A DNA stretch of 64,000 bases, taken from contig JAHHIM010000036.1 in assembly GCA_019358915.1 (NCBI GenBank), forward strand, positions 64,001-128,000, in the 5' to 3' direction. A program made the translations under genes and the position numbers. The first letter of the stretch is position 1. Each line of letters starts with the position of its first letter. Source of the DNA: Trichormus sp. ATA11-4-KO1 (lineage in GTDB: Bacteria > Cyanobacteriota > Cyanobacteriia > Cyanobacteriales > Nostocaceae). The notes under the pieces were generated by a model. It was given only the letters and a program-made list of their open reading frames with translations. It was not told the DNA's origin and made no database searches. Shown one piece after another: positions 18,278-27,791 of this stretch.

Positions 18278-21016
18278 CTAACTATTAATCGCACCTCTGA
18301 CTAAAATAACTGTACAGTCCACACCAGAGGCGATCGCTTCGGGAATATTACCTTGAACAGCTTGCTGTAATAATCCCTCACGAGAAGCACCTAAAACTAC
18401 AACATCATAACCTTCGGTTTTTACTAGGTTAATCACTCCTTCGGCAACCGAATCAGCTTGCACTGGTATAGCAACTACATTACTGGATAATTTGCGGCGA
18501 CGCATTAATATCCGGATAGCTTGTTCCAAAACTGTCATGTCTGGTTTTAATTGAGATGGTTTAAACACCTGTGTCAGACGAATGTATGGATCATTACCCA
18601 ATGTCACTAAGGCAGGTAATAATTTAATCGCTACCCTAGCATTAGGGCCGCCAGCCATTGTGACTAGCCAACGGTTGAATTCTGGAGTGGGTAGAGACGC
18701 GATTGATGAGCCAGCAGGTTGCGGTAATTCCCCCCGTTGTAAGGACTGGCGTTGCATCTCTACCAGGGACTGGGGAAATGGAGTGGAAAGTATTCTTTGT
18801 TCTTTTTGCCCCAGTTTTACTAGCATCACGTCACAGGTGGCTTGGCGAATTATGGTGTCTACAACATTGCCAAAAATCCGCCCTGGGGTGGAAGTTTGAC
18901 CTTTCCACCCCATTAAAATTAGGTTGATGTGTCGTTCCTCGATGGTTTCCAATATTGCCTGAGCTGGGTCGTGGGCAACTCGAATCTGGGTGTGTAAGGG
19001 AATTTTCCACTTTTTCGCTAAAACTTCTGCCTGTCGTAGTAAGCGGCGACTTTTGGCTGTTCTGACTGGTGTTTCGCTTGGGGAACTGTGGCGTGATACC
19101 AATATCACTTGTACGCACTCTATTTCATAGTGGCGATCGCGGGCAATAGCTGCGGCCATTTGTAAGAGGATGGCTGCGGTTTCGGGATTAGCTACTGGTA
19201 CTAATAATCTTCCTCGGCCGATGTTGGGCGATCGCGTTTGATAAACTACATAAGAAGGTTCTAATTGCGGTGCTGGGGTGGTGTTGCCATAGTTAAGATG
19301 TTCGGCTTCTGCCCGGATGATGTCTGCACGAGTAATAATGCCCACCAGTTTCCTACCTTCGACTACTGGTAAACGACTAATTTGATAGCGATCTAGCAAA
19401 TACAGTACATTACTCAAGTTGTACTTGGGTTGTACAGTCATCGGGGCAGGTATCATAATTTCCCTTAACAGGGTATCGTTGGGGAAGTTGCGATCGCGAA
19501 GCATGTCTGAATCACTATCGCGGTTTTTAATCAAATCCGATTGCGTGACAATTCCGACTAATTTGCCATTCTCTACCACGGGAAAGCCACGATGATGGGA
19601 ACGAGAAAATACTTGCATTGCTTCGTCTAAGCTCATGTCTGCATCCAAAGTTTCTACCCGTTGCTGCATGACATCGTTGGCTGTTAACTTGGTTAATATG
19701 CCTTCGGCAGAAACTGCTTTGGTAATTGTGATGCCTTTTAACTGCAATAGTTTGTCATACAGAGATCCAGGCATGACTTTATCGGTCACCAAGTAAGCTG
19801 CCACAGATACAATCATCAAAGGTAATACTAGATTGAAATCTGTAGTCATTTCAAACACAATTACAATTGCGGTGAATGGTACTTTGGAAACGGCACTAAA
19901 AAACCCCCCCATGCCTGCTAAAGCGTAAGTTGTCGGGGAACCTACTTCCAAGAAATAAGTAGCAGACACACCAACCAAATGCCCTAAACAAGAACCCAAA
20001 ATTAAACTAGGAGCAAATAACCCCCCAGGAGCGCCGGAACCAAATGCTATCAAGGTAAGGATAAACTGAGCTATAAAGGCGATCGCCGCGAAGGATACAT
20101 TAGCATCACTAGTTAACATATACTCCCGTAAGCCTGTATAATTACGGAAAGGCTCAGGCAGCATGGCCACGACAATACCGGAAATACATCCAGCTAAAGC
20201 TACTCTTAGGGGCAAGCTAAGATGTAAATTATGATAAGCTTTAATACTGGCAACCACGCCACGATTAAATAATGCCCCTAGTAACCCAGACAAAATGCCC
20301 AACAGTAAAAAAAAGGGAATTTCTGGGAGGGTGAAGTTACTAGAGTATTGCAGCAATTGCGGGTTTAACTGGAAACTACCGCCACCCAACAACCGGGATA
20401 CTACCCCACCAATGAACGAAGCAATAATGGCGGTTCCTAAAGTCAGCCCTGATAAATCATGGAGTAATTCCTCAACGATGAACAATACACCCGCGATGGG
20501 GGCATTAAAAGCAGCTGACAAGCCAGCACCCGCACCAGCTGCAATCATCTGTCTTCGATGATCTGGGGAAGTGGGAACCCATCGACTCATTCCTGCTGCT
20601 AAACCTGCTCCCACATGGACAGTGGGGCCTTGTCGCCCCAAAGTCATCCCCGAACCGAGGGTAATAATGGCACTAAGTAACTTCACCAATGCCACCCGCC
20701 AAGATAAAGTAATCGGTACATTGGCCAGAGTCGCTTTAACTTGCGGGATACCGCTACCCGAGGCCTCTGGGGCAAATCTCTGCACTAACCAGCCAGCAAT
20801 AAAACCAAAGCTCAGACCGATCGCAGGTAAGGCGACCCATGCAGGTAAAATTTGGGTAGTCTGAACTCGCCATGTTCCCAAAGATCCCGATCCTACTTTC
20901 AGGAATACCGCAGATAGGGCAGCTACAAGACCAATAATAGAAGCTTCTGCGATCGCTAAACCTCTTCTAGGCTGCAACCAGTTGCGAAAGCGCACAGTAA
21001 GAACAGGAAGCGACAT
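18278..21016 (-). CDS. ClC chloride channel/transporter with CBS pair and USP-like domains
   Basis: GSGIP, GRQGP, AFNAPIAG, GGLFAP; CBS repeats; C-terminal USP motifs (LLVPVANP, VLGASREG). Confidence 0.95.
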   Translation of the reverse strand: MSLPVLTVRFRNWLQPRRGLAIAEASIIGLVAALSAVFLKVGSGSLGTWRVQTTQILPAWVALPAIGLSFGFIAGWLVQRFAPEASGSGIPQVKATLANVPITLSWRVALVKLLSAIITLGSGMTLGRQGPTVHVGAGLAAGMSRWVPTSPDHRRQMIAAGAGAGLSAAFNAPIAGVLFIVEELLHDLSGLTLGTAIIASFIGGVVSRLLGGGSFQLNPQLLQYSSNFTLPEIPFFLLLGILSGLLGALFNRGVVASIKAYHNLHLSLPLRVALAGCISGIVVAMLPEPFRNYTGLREYMLTSDANVSFAAIAFIAQFILTLIAFGSGAPGGLFAPSLILGSCLGHLVGVSATYFLEVGSPTTYALAGMGGFFSAVSKVPFTAIVIVFEMTTDFNLVLPLMIVSVAAYLVTDKVMPGSLYDKLLQLKGITITKAVSAEGILTKLTANDVMQQRVETLDADMSLDEAMQVFSRSHHRGFPVVENGKLVGIVTQSDLIKNRDSDSDMLRDRNFPNDTLLREIMIPAPMTVQPKYNLSNVLYLLDRYQISRLPVVEGRKLVGIITRADIIRAEAEHLNYGNTTPAPQLEPSYVVYQTRSPNIGRGRLLVPVANPETAAILLQMAAAIARDRHYEIECVQVILVSRHSSPSETPVRTAKSRRLLRQAEVLAKKWKIPLHTQIRVAHDPAQAILETIEERHINLILMGWKGQTSTPGRIFGNVVDTIIRQATCDVMLVKLGQKEQRILSTPFPQSLVEMQRQSLQRGELPQPAGSSIASLPTPEFNRWLVTMAGGPNARVAIKLLPALVTLGNDPYIRLTQVFKPSQLKPDMTVLEQAIRILMRRRKLSSNVVAIPVQADSVAEGVINLVKTEGYDVVVLGASREGLLQQAVQGNIPEAIASGVDCTVILVRGAINS

Positions 21017-21051
21017 AAGAATTAAAAATTAAAAATTAAAAATATAACAAT

Positions 21052-21212
21052 AATAATTAAAGGTTTGTAGTGTAAAGCCCTGACGGGCGTGGCGGCGTGT
21101 CTCGAAGAGAGGACTTTAGTCCTCAAAAAGGGCTAGAGCGGCTTACTACGAACTTATTTTAATAATTTTACGTTATTTAACATACTTTGCTTTATTCCCG
21201 CCAACTTACTTA
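21052..21212. mobile_element. Degenerate reverse-orientation copy of the TA-MITE with a nested small repeat
   Basis: tttgtagtg...aggactttagtcct...actacgaac core as at 16270-16325; right end ccaacttact-TA; extra taaagccctgacgggcgtggcggcgtgtctcgaagag inside the palindrome. Confidence 0.6.
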
Positions 21213-21384
21213 CCAGGGACTAAAAAAGCCGATTCTCGATTAATTCCGAAATTACAAGTTACCTATCTATATAACTATACGCTCAACGCAGCAAATGTAA
21301 CATTTAATTACGACCTTTCTGAGACTCCCAGGGTACATTGACTCTTTCTGCTTCAACTCCAGCTTAATTTTTAATTTTTAATTT

Positions 21385-22698
21385 TTAATTACTTCTGCCT
21401 GTGGTGGATAGTCCTTCTACTATCAATGATGGAGTGTAACAAGAACCATTCCAATCAGCATCAGCACCCAATGCAACTAATTGTTTCAGAGCTGTATACA
21501 CATTACCTGTAACCATCGTATCTTTAACACGCCCCATTACATGACCATTTTTTACACGATAACCCAAATCGATATTGATGGAAAAGTCACCAGAAATGCC
21601 ATTGCCACCACCAAGCATCTGATCGACAATTAAGCCATCGTCCATTTGTTGAATTAAATCTTGTAGTGATCCAGAACCCGGTTGGATCAAGAAATTAAAT
21701 AACCCAGGGGAGGGATAACTGCCAAAACTAGGGCGAAAACCATTACCAGTGGTATTAATGCCCAATTGGCGACCAGTGGTGCGATCGCAATAAAAATGCT
21801 GTAGAATCCCGTCTTGGATAAATACTAAAGGAATCGTAGGAGTACCTTCATCATCAAAAGGGCAACTGTAAGGGCCAGCTTGTGGATCTTGGTAGAGAGT
21901 AAGACTAGATGACATGACTGGGTGACCGAGTTTTTCTGCCCAAGGTGAAGCAAACTCTAAAATACGCTTGCCATTCAAGGCTGCTTGTGCTGTACCCCAA
22001 AGCATATCAGCAGCTTTAGAAGTAAACAAAACTGGCACACGACCGCTAGGGGATGGGACGTTTTCTTGAGACCAATCTAACCGTTGTAAAATTTGCTGGG
22101 CTAATTTATCAGGGTGCAAAATATCCCGTTGAGTTTGTCCATCAGCAACACTCAAAAAATCATCGCCCCGGACCCATTCTGCCGACATATAGCAACTGAG
22201 GGTAGTGTCAGTGTAGTAACAATCTAAACCTTGACTATTCATAAGTCTAGTAGTTTCCACATCACATTCCCAGTCACTGTTGCAAAGAACATCGGGATAT
22301 GCTTCTCGGACGAGGGCGATCGCTTCTTTGCCCCAGTTTACCAACACTTCTAAAGGTACAGCTTCCCCTATATCTGGATAAAAGGGCTGAGATTTATGGG
22401 CTAATTCTACTGGTTCTGGTTGATTAAGTTGACTCAAAGCCAAAGCTCGTTCCACCATCGCTTGTGCTTGGACAGAACCGTAAGCTACCGTGAGTCCTGG
22501 ACGCCCATTTAGCCACAGCCGCAATGCCGTGCCTTCAGATTGGCTGGTTTCTAACTGCTTGAGTCTATTAGCCTCAAAAAATACAGGACGAGACAGCGAT
22601 CGCGACTGATACACTTCAGCAGCTTCTGCTCCCGATTTGATGGCTAGTTCTAGCAGCTGTTCTGCTAGTACATCTTGTGACAAATTTTCAGAACCCAT
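21385..22698 (-). CDS. pmbA: TldD/PmbA family protein (PmbA/TldE-like subunit)
   Basis: GAEAAEVY, PFDDEG, TTGNGFR, ISGDFS; no HExxGH motif, so the non-catalytic PmbA type. Confidence 0.85.
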   Translation of the reverse strand: MGSENLSQDVLAEQLLELAIKSGAEAAEVYQSRSLSRPVFFEANRLKQLETSQSEGTALRLWLNGRPGLTVAYGSVQAQAMVERALALSQLNQPEPVELAHKSQPFYPDIGEAVPLEVLVNWGKEAIALVREAYPDVLCNSDWECDVETTRLMNSQGLDCYYTDTTLSCYMSAEWVRGDDFLSVADGQTQRDILHPDKLAQQILQRLDWSQENVPSPSGRVPVLFTSKAADMLWGTAQAALNGKRILEFASPWAEKLGHPVMSSSLTLYQDPQAGPYSCPFDDEGTPTIPLVFIQDGILQHFYCDRTTGRQLGINTTGNGFRPSFGSYPSPGLFNFLIQPGSGSLQDLIQQMDDGLIVDQMLGGGNGISGDFSINIDLGYRVKNGHVMGRVKDTMVTGNVYTALKQLVALGADADWNGSCYTPSLIVEGLSTTGRSN

Positions 22699-22739
22699 GA
22701 CCCTCGGTGAATTGTGGATTTTGGATTTTGAACTGCAAA

Positions 22740-22875
22740 TGAACGCAGATAATTATCCCAAATCATTGCTGTCCATCTACGTCATTTAAAAACGCAGATG
22801 GACGCAGATAATTATCCCAAATCATTGGTATCTATCCGCGTCTCATGCAAGCAGAGAATTTTCCCAAAATCATCA
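22740..22875. repeat. Imperfect direct repeat with ~60 bp period (ACGCAGATAATTATCCCAAATCATTG)
   Basis: Identical 26-mer at ~22743 and ~22802, degenerate third copy at ~22851. Confidence 0.75.
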
Positions 22876-22910
22876 ATGTGTATCAGTCTGTATCAGTATG
22901 CGGCTTCCTA

Positions 22911-23023
22911 AGTGCTGAGTGCTTCTAAAAGTGCTGAGTGCTGAGTGCTGAGTGCTGAGTCTTGTAATACTAATCCCCTTGTCCCCTTATCACCTATCAC
23001 CTGTCACCTATCACCTGTCACCT
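22911..23023. repeat. STRR tracts (GTGCTGA)n and (TCACCTR)n
   Basis: Tandem heptamers visible downstream of the Tab2 stop. Confidence 0.8.
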
Positions 23024-23026
23024 CTA

Positions 23027-23887
23027 CTAAAGATTCACCTCTTGTAGCAGCCAAAAACCAGCAAAGGATTCTGCTTGGGGTTCAGACTGTACACCAATAA
23101 AATGCACACCATTAGCTTTTTGCTTGGCTTCTTCAAAACCTTTGGCTTCTGCTAAGGTTTGAGGATTTTTGATATTGGCCAAAATCCAACTTTCAGTAGC
23201 ACCAGTTTCTAAAATCAATCTCCCACCTTGTTTGGTATCAAACCTCAAGAAAGCCAACTCCAAACCAGACATCCAGCCTGCTATGGGTAAAGCTCTCGGT
23301 GAGAAAATTAAAACTCCAGGAATGCGGGTTTCGGGCGATAGCTGGGCTAATTCTAGAGGGAAAGCTTCACCAAAGCCAATTTCCCATTCTGGCATTTCGG
23401 CAAAATCAGCAGCTTGTAAGCTGACAAAAGCCCACTGCTTTCCTTCTAAAGCGTCTGGTAAACGTTGAGGTAAGGGGCTTTCCAAGCGCACCGAAGGATT
23501 AGTTCCTTCTTGATATCCTGGTTCTTGGGGATAAACTTCCTCCATTCGCTGTTTTAGCCATTGGTTGAGAACTAAAGTGCGGCGGCTAAGTTGGGCAGGG
23601 ATACCCACATCCTGGCAAGCTTTAGTAATCATGTTGTTCATTTGGCGACGGAAAAAGCGGATTTTGATTGGTGCTTCGCCAGCTTTGGTAATTGCTTCCT
23701 GCAACGCCGTCCGCAACCAACCGGAATTTACTTGAGTACTAGAGCAATATTGAGCATAGCGAAACAAGGAATCGGCTTTTGTGCCGATATCTAAAGGACT
23801 TTCGCAGACTAAGACTTCCCAAACTTTTTTCTGATTTGCGTCCAAAATTGGACGAGAGTAAAAATCAATTTCCCAAATGCTACCCAT
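23027..23887 (-). CDS. Tab2/Atab2 family RNA-binding protein
   Basis: WEIDFYSRPILDANQKKVWEVLVC, FFRRQMNNMI, FAGFWLL; start at ATG 23887. Confidence 0.92.
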   Translation of the reverse strand: MGSIWEIDFYSRPILDANQKKVWEVLVCESPLDIGTKADSLFRYAQYCSSTQVNSGWLRTALQEAITKAGEAPIKIRFFRRQMNNMITKACQDVGIPAQLSRRTLVLNQWLKQRMEEVYPQEPGYQEGTNPSVRLESPLPQRLPDALEGKQWAFVSLQAADFAEMPEWEIGFGEAFPLELAQLSPETRIPGVLIFSPRALPIAGWMSGLELAFLRFDTKQGGRLILETGATESWILANIKNPQTLAEAKGFEEAKQKANGVHFIGVQSEPQAESFAGFWLLQEVNL

Positions 23888-24092
23888 GTTTTGCCGTGAA
23901 AATCTGGCGACTTCATTGTTTCTTATCATTTTCATCATAAGAGGGAATGGGGAGTGGGGAGTGGGGGAAGACTTCTAATTCAAAAACCCAAAAGTAAGTC
24001 AGTCTTAATCGCGTTGGTCAGGAGATTCCAAATCACTTATCGTGGTTGGTATTGGTAGCACTAATGACGGGGCGAAGTCCATCGCGTTTAGC

Positions 24093-25421
24093 TCAACGGC
24101 GTGATGCGGACGAACCACTACTGGACTTTTTGCCATCTGTCACGGTTCGTGGTGCCGATTGTTTAACTGATGTCTGTGGTGAAGGTTTAGCAGTAGAACG
24201 AGCCGGACGCTTGCTACCTTTAGGTTTGGGTCTGTGTTTGCGTCCATCGGGAATTGCTTCTAACTTGGTGTAGACATTGGCTCCCATCCCAGCAACCACT
24301 TCACAAGGCAAGCGCTGTTCAATCAGTTTTTCAATATCTGCCAATAGCTGGTATTCATCGACGCACACGAGCGAGATAGCTGCACCTGACGCACCAGCAC
24401 GACCAGTACGACCAATGCGATGAACATAATCGGCGGGTACATTGGGCAGATCAAAGTTGACCACATGAGGTAGTTCGCTGATGTCGAGACCTCGTGCGGC
24501 AATGTCGGTTGCCACTAGTACCTGTAAACTGCCGTTCTTGAACTTCGCCAGAGCGTGGGTACGTGCCGACTGGCTCTTATTACCGTGGATAGCCAGTGCT
24601 TGAATGCGATCCTGGGTCAACTGCTTCACCAGACGGTCAGCACCATACTTAGTGCGAGTGAACACTAGGACTTGCTGCCAATTATCTTGCCTAATCAGGT
24701 GAGCCAGTAATTGGCGTTTCCTGTCACGGTCTACTTTGTAGACTTTCTGTACCACTGTGTCGGCGGTAACGTTGCGGCGTGCCACCTCGATCTGCGTCGG
24801 GCGATGGAGTAACCCGGCGGCAAGTGCCTTGATTTTTTCGGAGAAGGTGGCGAAGAATAGCAAGTTTTGTCGCTGTTTGGGCAGAAGCGAGAGAATGCGG
24901 CGGATATCACGTATAAAGCCCATATCTAGCATCCGGTCTGCTTCATCTAACACCAAAACCTCAATATGTGACAGGTTCACTGTCCCCTGCTGCACGTGGT
25001 CTAGGAGTCTTCCTGGGGTAGTAACCAGAATATCCACGCGGCTCTGCAAACGCTGCTTTTGCTGACTAATGCTGACTCCGCCAAACATTACCATTGACTT
25101 TAGTTTCAGGTACTTGCCATACTCACGCACGCTTAACTCCACCTGTGCGGCGAGTTCACGAGTCGGGGTGAGAATTAGCGCCCGGATCGGCGAGCATCCA
25201 TTAGATGTGCTTTTAATGTTCTTGTCGGACGACAACCGATGCAGGAGCGGCAGGGTGAAACTGGCAGTCTTTCCCGTCCCCGTTTGGGCACCAGCTAGCA
25301 AATCACCACCCGACAAGACGGCAGGAATCGCCTGCATCTGGATTGGTGTGGGTTTGGTGTACCCTCGCTCGGTGACGGCGCGGATAATTTCATTGGACAA
25401 GCCAAGAGTAGAAAAAGACAT
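24093..25421 (-). CDS. crhC: DEAD-box RNA helicase, CrhC/RhlE-like
   Basis: [26 protein letters not shown]. Motif III is FAT (LLFFATFS) instead of SAT, as known for Anabaena CrhC. Confidence 0.85.
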   Translation of the reverse strand: MSFSTLGLSNEIIRAVTERGYTKPTPIQMQAIPAVLSGGDLLAGAQTGTGKTASFTLPLLHRLSSDKNIKSTSNGCSPIRALILTPTRELAAQVELSVREYGKYLKLKSMVMFGGVSISQQKQRLQSRVDILVTTPGRLLDHVQQGTVNLSHIEVLVLDEADRMLDMGFIRDIRRILSLLPKQRQNLLFFATFSEKIKALAAGLLHRPTQIEVARRNVTADTVVQKVYKVDRDRKRQLLAHLIRQDNWQQVLVFTRTKYGADRLVKQLTQDRIQALAIHGNKSQSARTHALAKFKNGSLQVLVATDIAARGLDISELPHVVNFDLPNVPADYVHRIGRTGRAGASGAAISLVCVDEYQLLADIEKLIEQRLPCEVVAGMGANVYTKLEAIPDGRKHRPKPKGSKRPARSTAKPSPQTSVKQSAPRTVTDGKKSSSGSSASRR

Positions 25422-25770
25422 AAAACTCCAGAAATAACATCGGCCTGTCGCCAGTGGCGGCATCAGTTTGAGGCGGATGAATGGTTTGAAGGGCTTTCTG
25501 GGCAGTAAACGCCAAGACTGAAAACGAATGCCGCAGCTCTGCATTTTAACAGAGTGCAGTTCGTTGTGTCGTCATGTTTTCAGACTTTATCCCTAGTTCT
25601 TTGATTGCCTGATTCCTTACTCCTCAAGCTTTTAATTCCGCTTACCACCTCCAAATCAGCGAACGGACAGTTAATACTTGCAAAACCTTGAGTTTTTATC
25701 AATTGGTAATTTCCAGACTTAACATACTCAGTGCTGAGTGAGGTTTGCATCTCGCAATTTTTAACTATTG

Positions 25771-25821
25771 CCAAAAGCAGCCCCACGCTTCTCTGCGAGT
25801 GAGATGTGGGGCTGCTTTTGG
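25771..25821 (-). terminator. Strong hairpin directly after the transglutaminase-like gene
   Basis: 16 bp perfect inverted repeat ccaaaagcagccccac/gtggggctgcttttgg immediately after the stop. Confidence 0.75.
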
Positions 25822-25823
25822 TT

Positions 25824-27503
25824 TTAGCTAAAGGGTGGTAATTCTTTGAGAATCGTGAACCGAATGTGATTAAGTGCTAAATCACCTATGGGAATGTCTT
25901 CTTTCGTCAGCCTTTGACCTTGACTGCTCAAGGTTTCAAAGGTGATGCCTTTGCCAATTTCAATGTGATACCAGCATAAGCCCATAAAAAAGCGCGTAGG
26001 ATAAGGGCCATCATTCCCCACGTCATCAGGATTAGATTCCATGGGTAACCAGCCAAAACCTGGGATGTAAAATTCTAACCAAACATGGTTAAAGTCTGGT
26101 TGTAGAGGAACGCCCTGGTGTTCGCTATGGGGGGGGCACTTATACCTACCAACGGTGCGGCAGGGGATACCATTTAAACGGCACAGAGCCAGTAAAACGC
26201 CAACATACTCGCCACAGGAACCAATGCCCCGTTCTAGGACTAAATCTGGGGTGTCAATATGGGGTTTAATGCCATAGGACAGCTCATCGTAAACATAGTT
26301 GCGGATGTTGTACATTTTCCGCAGCAGATTGGTTTCTGAACCAATTGCCTCACGGGCAGCACGACGGACAATGGGAGTATCCATTGCCAAATCGTCATCA
26401 TCTACCAGGTAACGCGTCTGAAATTCTGGTGAGAGTTCAGGAATATCTTCTACATCTTTGGGTGTAATTCGATACTTAATTCCGCGAACTTCTAGCAGTG
26501 CTTTCCAGCCGAATATATGCCTTTCTCCTGGTGTGAGGGCATCAAATTTAAACACTGCCACACGTTGCCCGTCTATTTCTTCTTCTGTAAAGGGTAGACC
26601 AATAGGTTCAATGTGTTTCACCTTTTGGCGTTCAGTTTCTGATGGCAGGGCGATCCGCCATTCTACCTCTGGTAAATACACCTCTTCTAAAGGAGAAATT
26701 TCCTCAGCATAGGACATTTCAATCAGATAGCCATTAGAGAGGGCATATTTTTTATCAGCATCGTAATGATAATACAGGGGATGAATGAAAGTGCGATCGC
26801 GGTAAGTTAGCTCATGATTCGGGTCAGCATTGGGATTATCCCGGATATAAGGTTCATCCGAGGCATAGGCGACGAAAAGAGTTTCCTTACCTGTGTCGTC
26901 GGTATGGATGGCAATACCTGTGGGAAATTCAAATGGTGTTAAAATGCTGAATTGAATTTCGCCTGTGGCCCTATCCATAGCGTAAACGGTTTGTTCTGTG
27001 CGATCGCACACCCAAAGGGTTTCCTGGGTTACTGCTAAATTTTCCACCCCCACCCCAGGTGCATAGAACCGGGTGATTTCTTTGCGCGTATCGTGATCAA
27101 AAATTAGAATACAACCGAGCTTTTGGCAGCTAACATAAACTGTGGATTCCCAAACCGCAACGCCGTTAGCAGCATAAGGCAAGGTGACAAAATGCTCTAA
27201 ACCTAAAGACGCAATCTGGGACAAATAAACACTGTTCCCACGAGTTACCCAGAGGGAATTTGACCACACTGCTAAACCTGTGACTTCGCTAAATTCCCCG
27301 ACTTGGTGAGGATTGAGAATTTTGCTGTTGTCAGAAGCAGGATCAATCTCCAGTAAATGTCCTTTAGTAGTATCAATGGCGACGAGTGTATCTTTAATGA
27401 AAGCAATGCCACACAGCGTGGCAGCTGTTAGCGGTCGAATCGTCCTTTGACCAAACATTTGGCTAGCAGTCAAACTAGGGAGGGCAAAACTCATATTACG
27501 CAT
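25824..27503 (-). CDS. Transglutaminase-like domain protein with N-terminal beta-propeller-like repeats
   Basis: GSCGEY (Cys), FNHVWLEFY (His), PMESNPDD; N-terminal repeats of the GLAVW/GVAVW/GIAIH type; start uncertain (27494/27503/27560). Confidence 0.85.
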   Translation of the reverse strand: MRNMSFALPSLTASQMFGQRTIRPLTAATLCGIAFIKDTLVAIDTTKGHLLEIDPASDNSKILNPHQVGEFSEVTGLAVWSNSLWVTRGNSVYLSQIASLGLEHFVTLPYAANGVAVWESTVYVSCQKLGCILIFDHDTRKEITRFYAPGVGVENLAVTQETLWVCDRTEQTVYAMDRATGEIQFSILTPFEFPTGIAIHTDDTGKETLFVAYASDEPYIRDNPNADPNHELTYRDRTFIHPLYYHYDADKKYALSNGYLIEMSYAEEISPLEEVYLPEVEWRIALPSETERQKVKHIEPIGLPFTEEEIDGQRVAVFKFDALTPGERHIFGWKALLEVRGIKYRITPKDVEDIPELSPEFQTRYLVDDDDLAMDTPIVRRAAREAIGSETNLLRKMYNIRNYVYDELSYGIKPHIDTPDLVLERGIGSCGEYVGVLLALCRLNGIPCRTVGRYKCPPHSEHQGVPLQPDFNHVWLEFYIPGFGWLPMESNPDDVGNDGPYPTRFFMGLCWYHIEIGKGITFETLSSQGQRLTKEDIPIGDLALNHIRFTILKELPPFS

Positions 27504-27791
27504 ATTTATTCCACGGTTTAGCGCACCTATAATTAATTTTGGTATATTCTTGGTGACCAAAATGGTGAGGTGGATGGCTCAGAGTTGCCACTAAAATGTG
27601 TTGACAACTACTTTTTTCTGGGTAAAAGTACATAGATAGCAAAAAAGAAAAAATTGGCAAATGTCTGAAATCACAGCCATATTCAACTTAAATAGCTTGG
27701 TGAGAGCCGCTTAATGTAACTTTAGTTGATGGTTTTCCAGCCATCACTAAATTATGATCGAATTTTGTAACCATTTCCTGTGTCATACACA

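Noticed and set aside
21385..22698. PmbA as part of the RiPP system
   Set aside because: It is 39 kb from the lasso genes in a housekeeping context with no tldD neighbour, and lasso clusters use B2 for leader removal
22740..22875. Spaced 26 nt direct repeats as a mini CRISPR array
   Set aside because: Only two good copies, the 'spacers' resemble each other, there is no CRISPR-type terminal motif, and no cas genes are in the window
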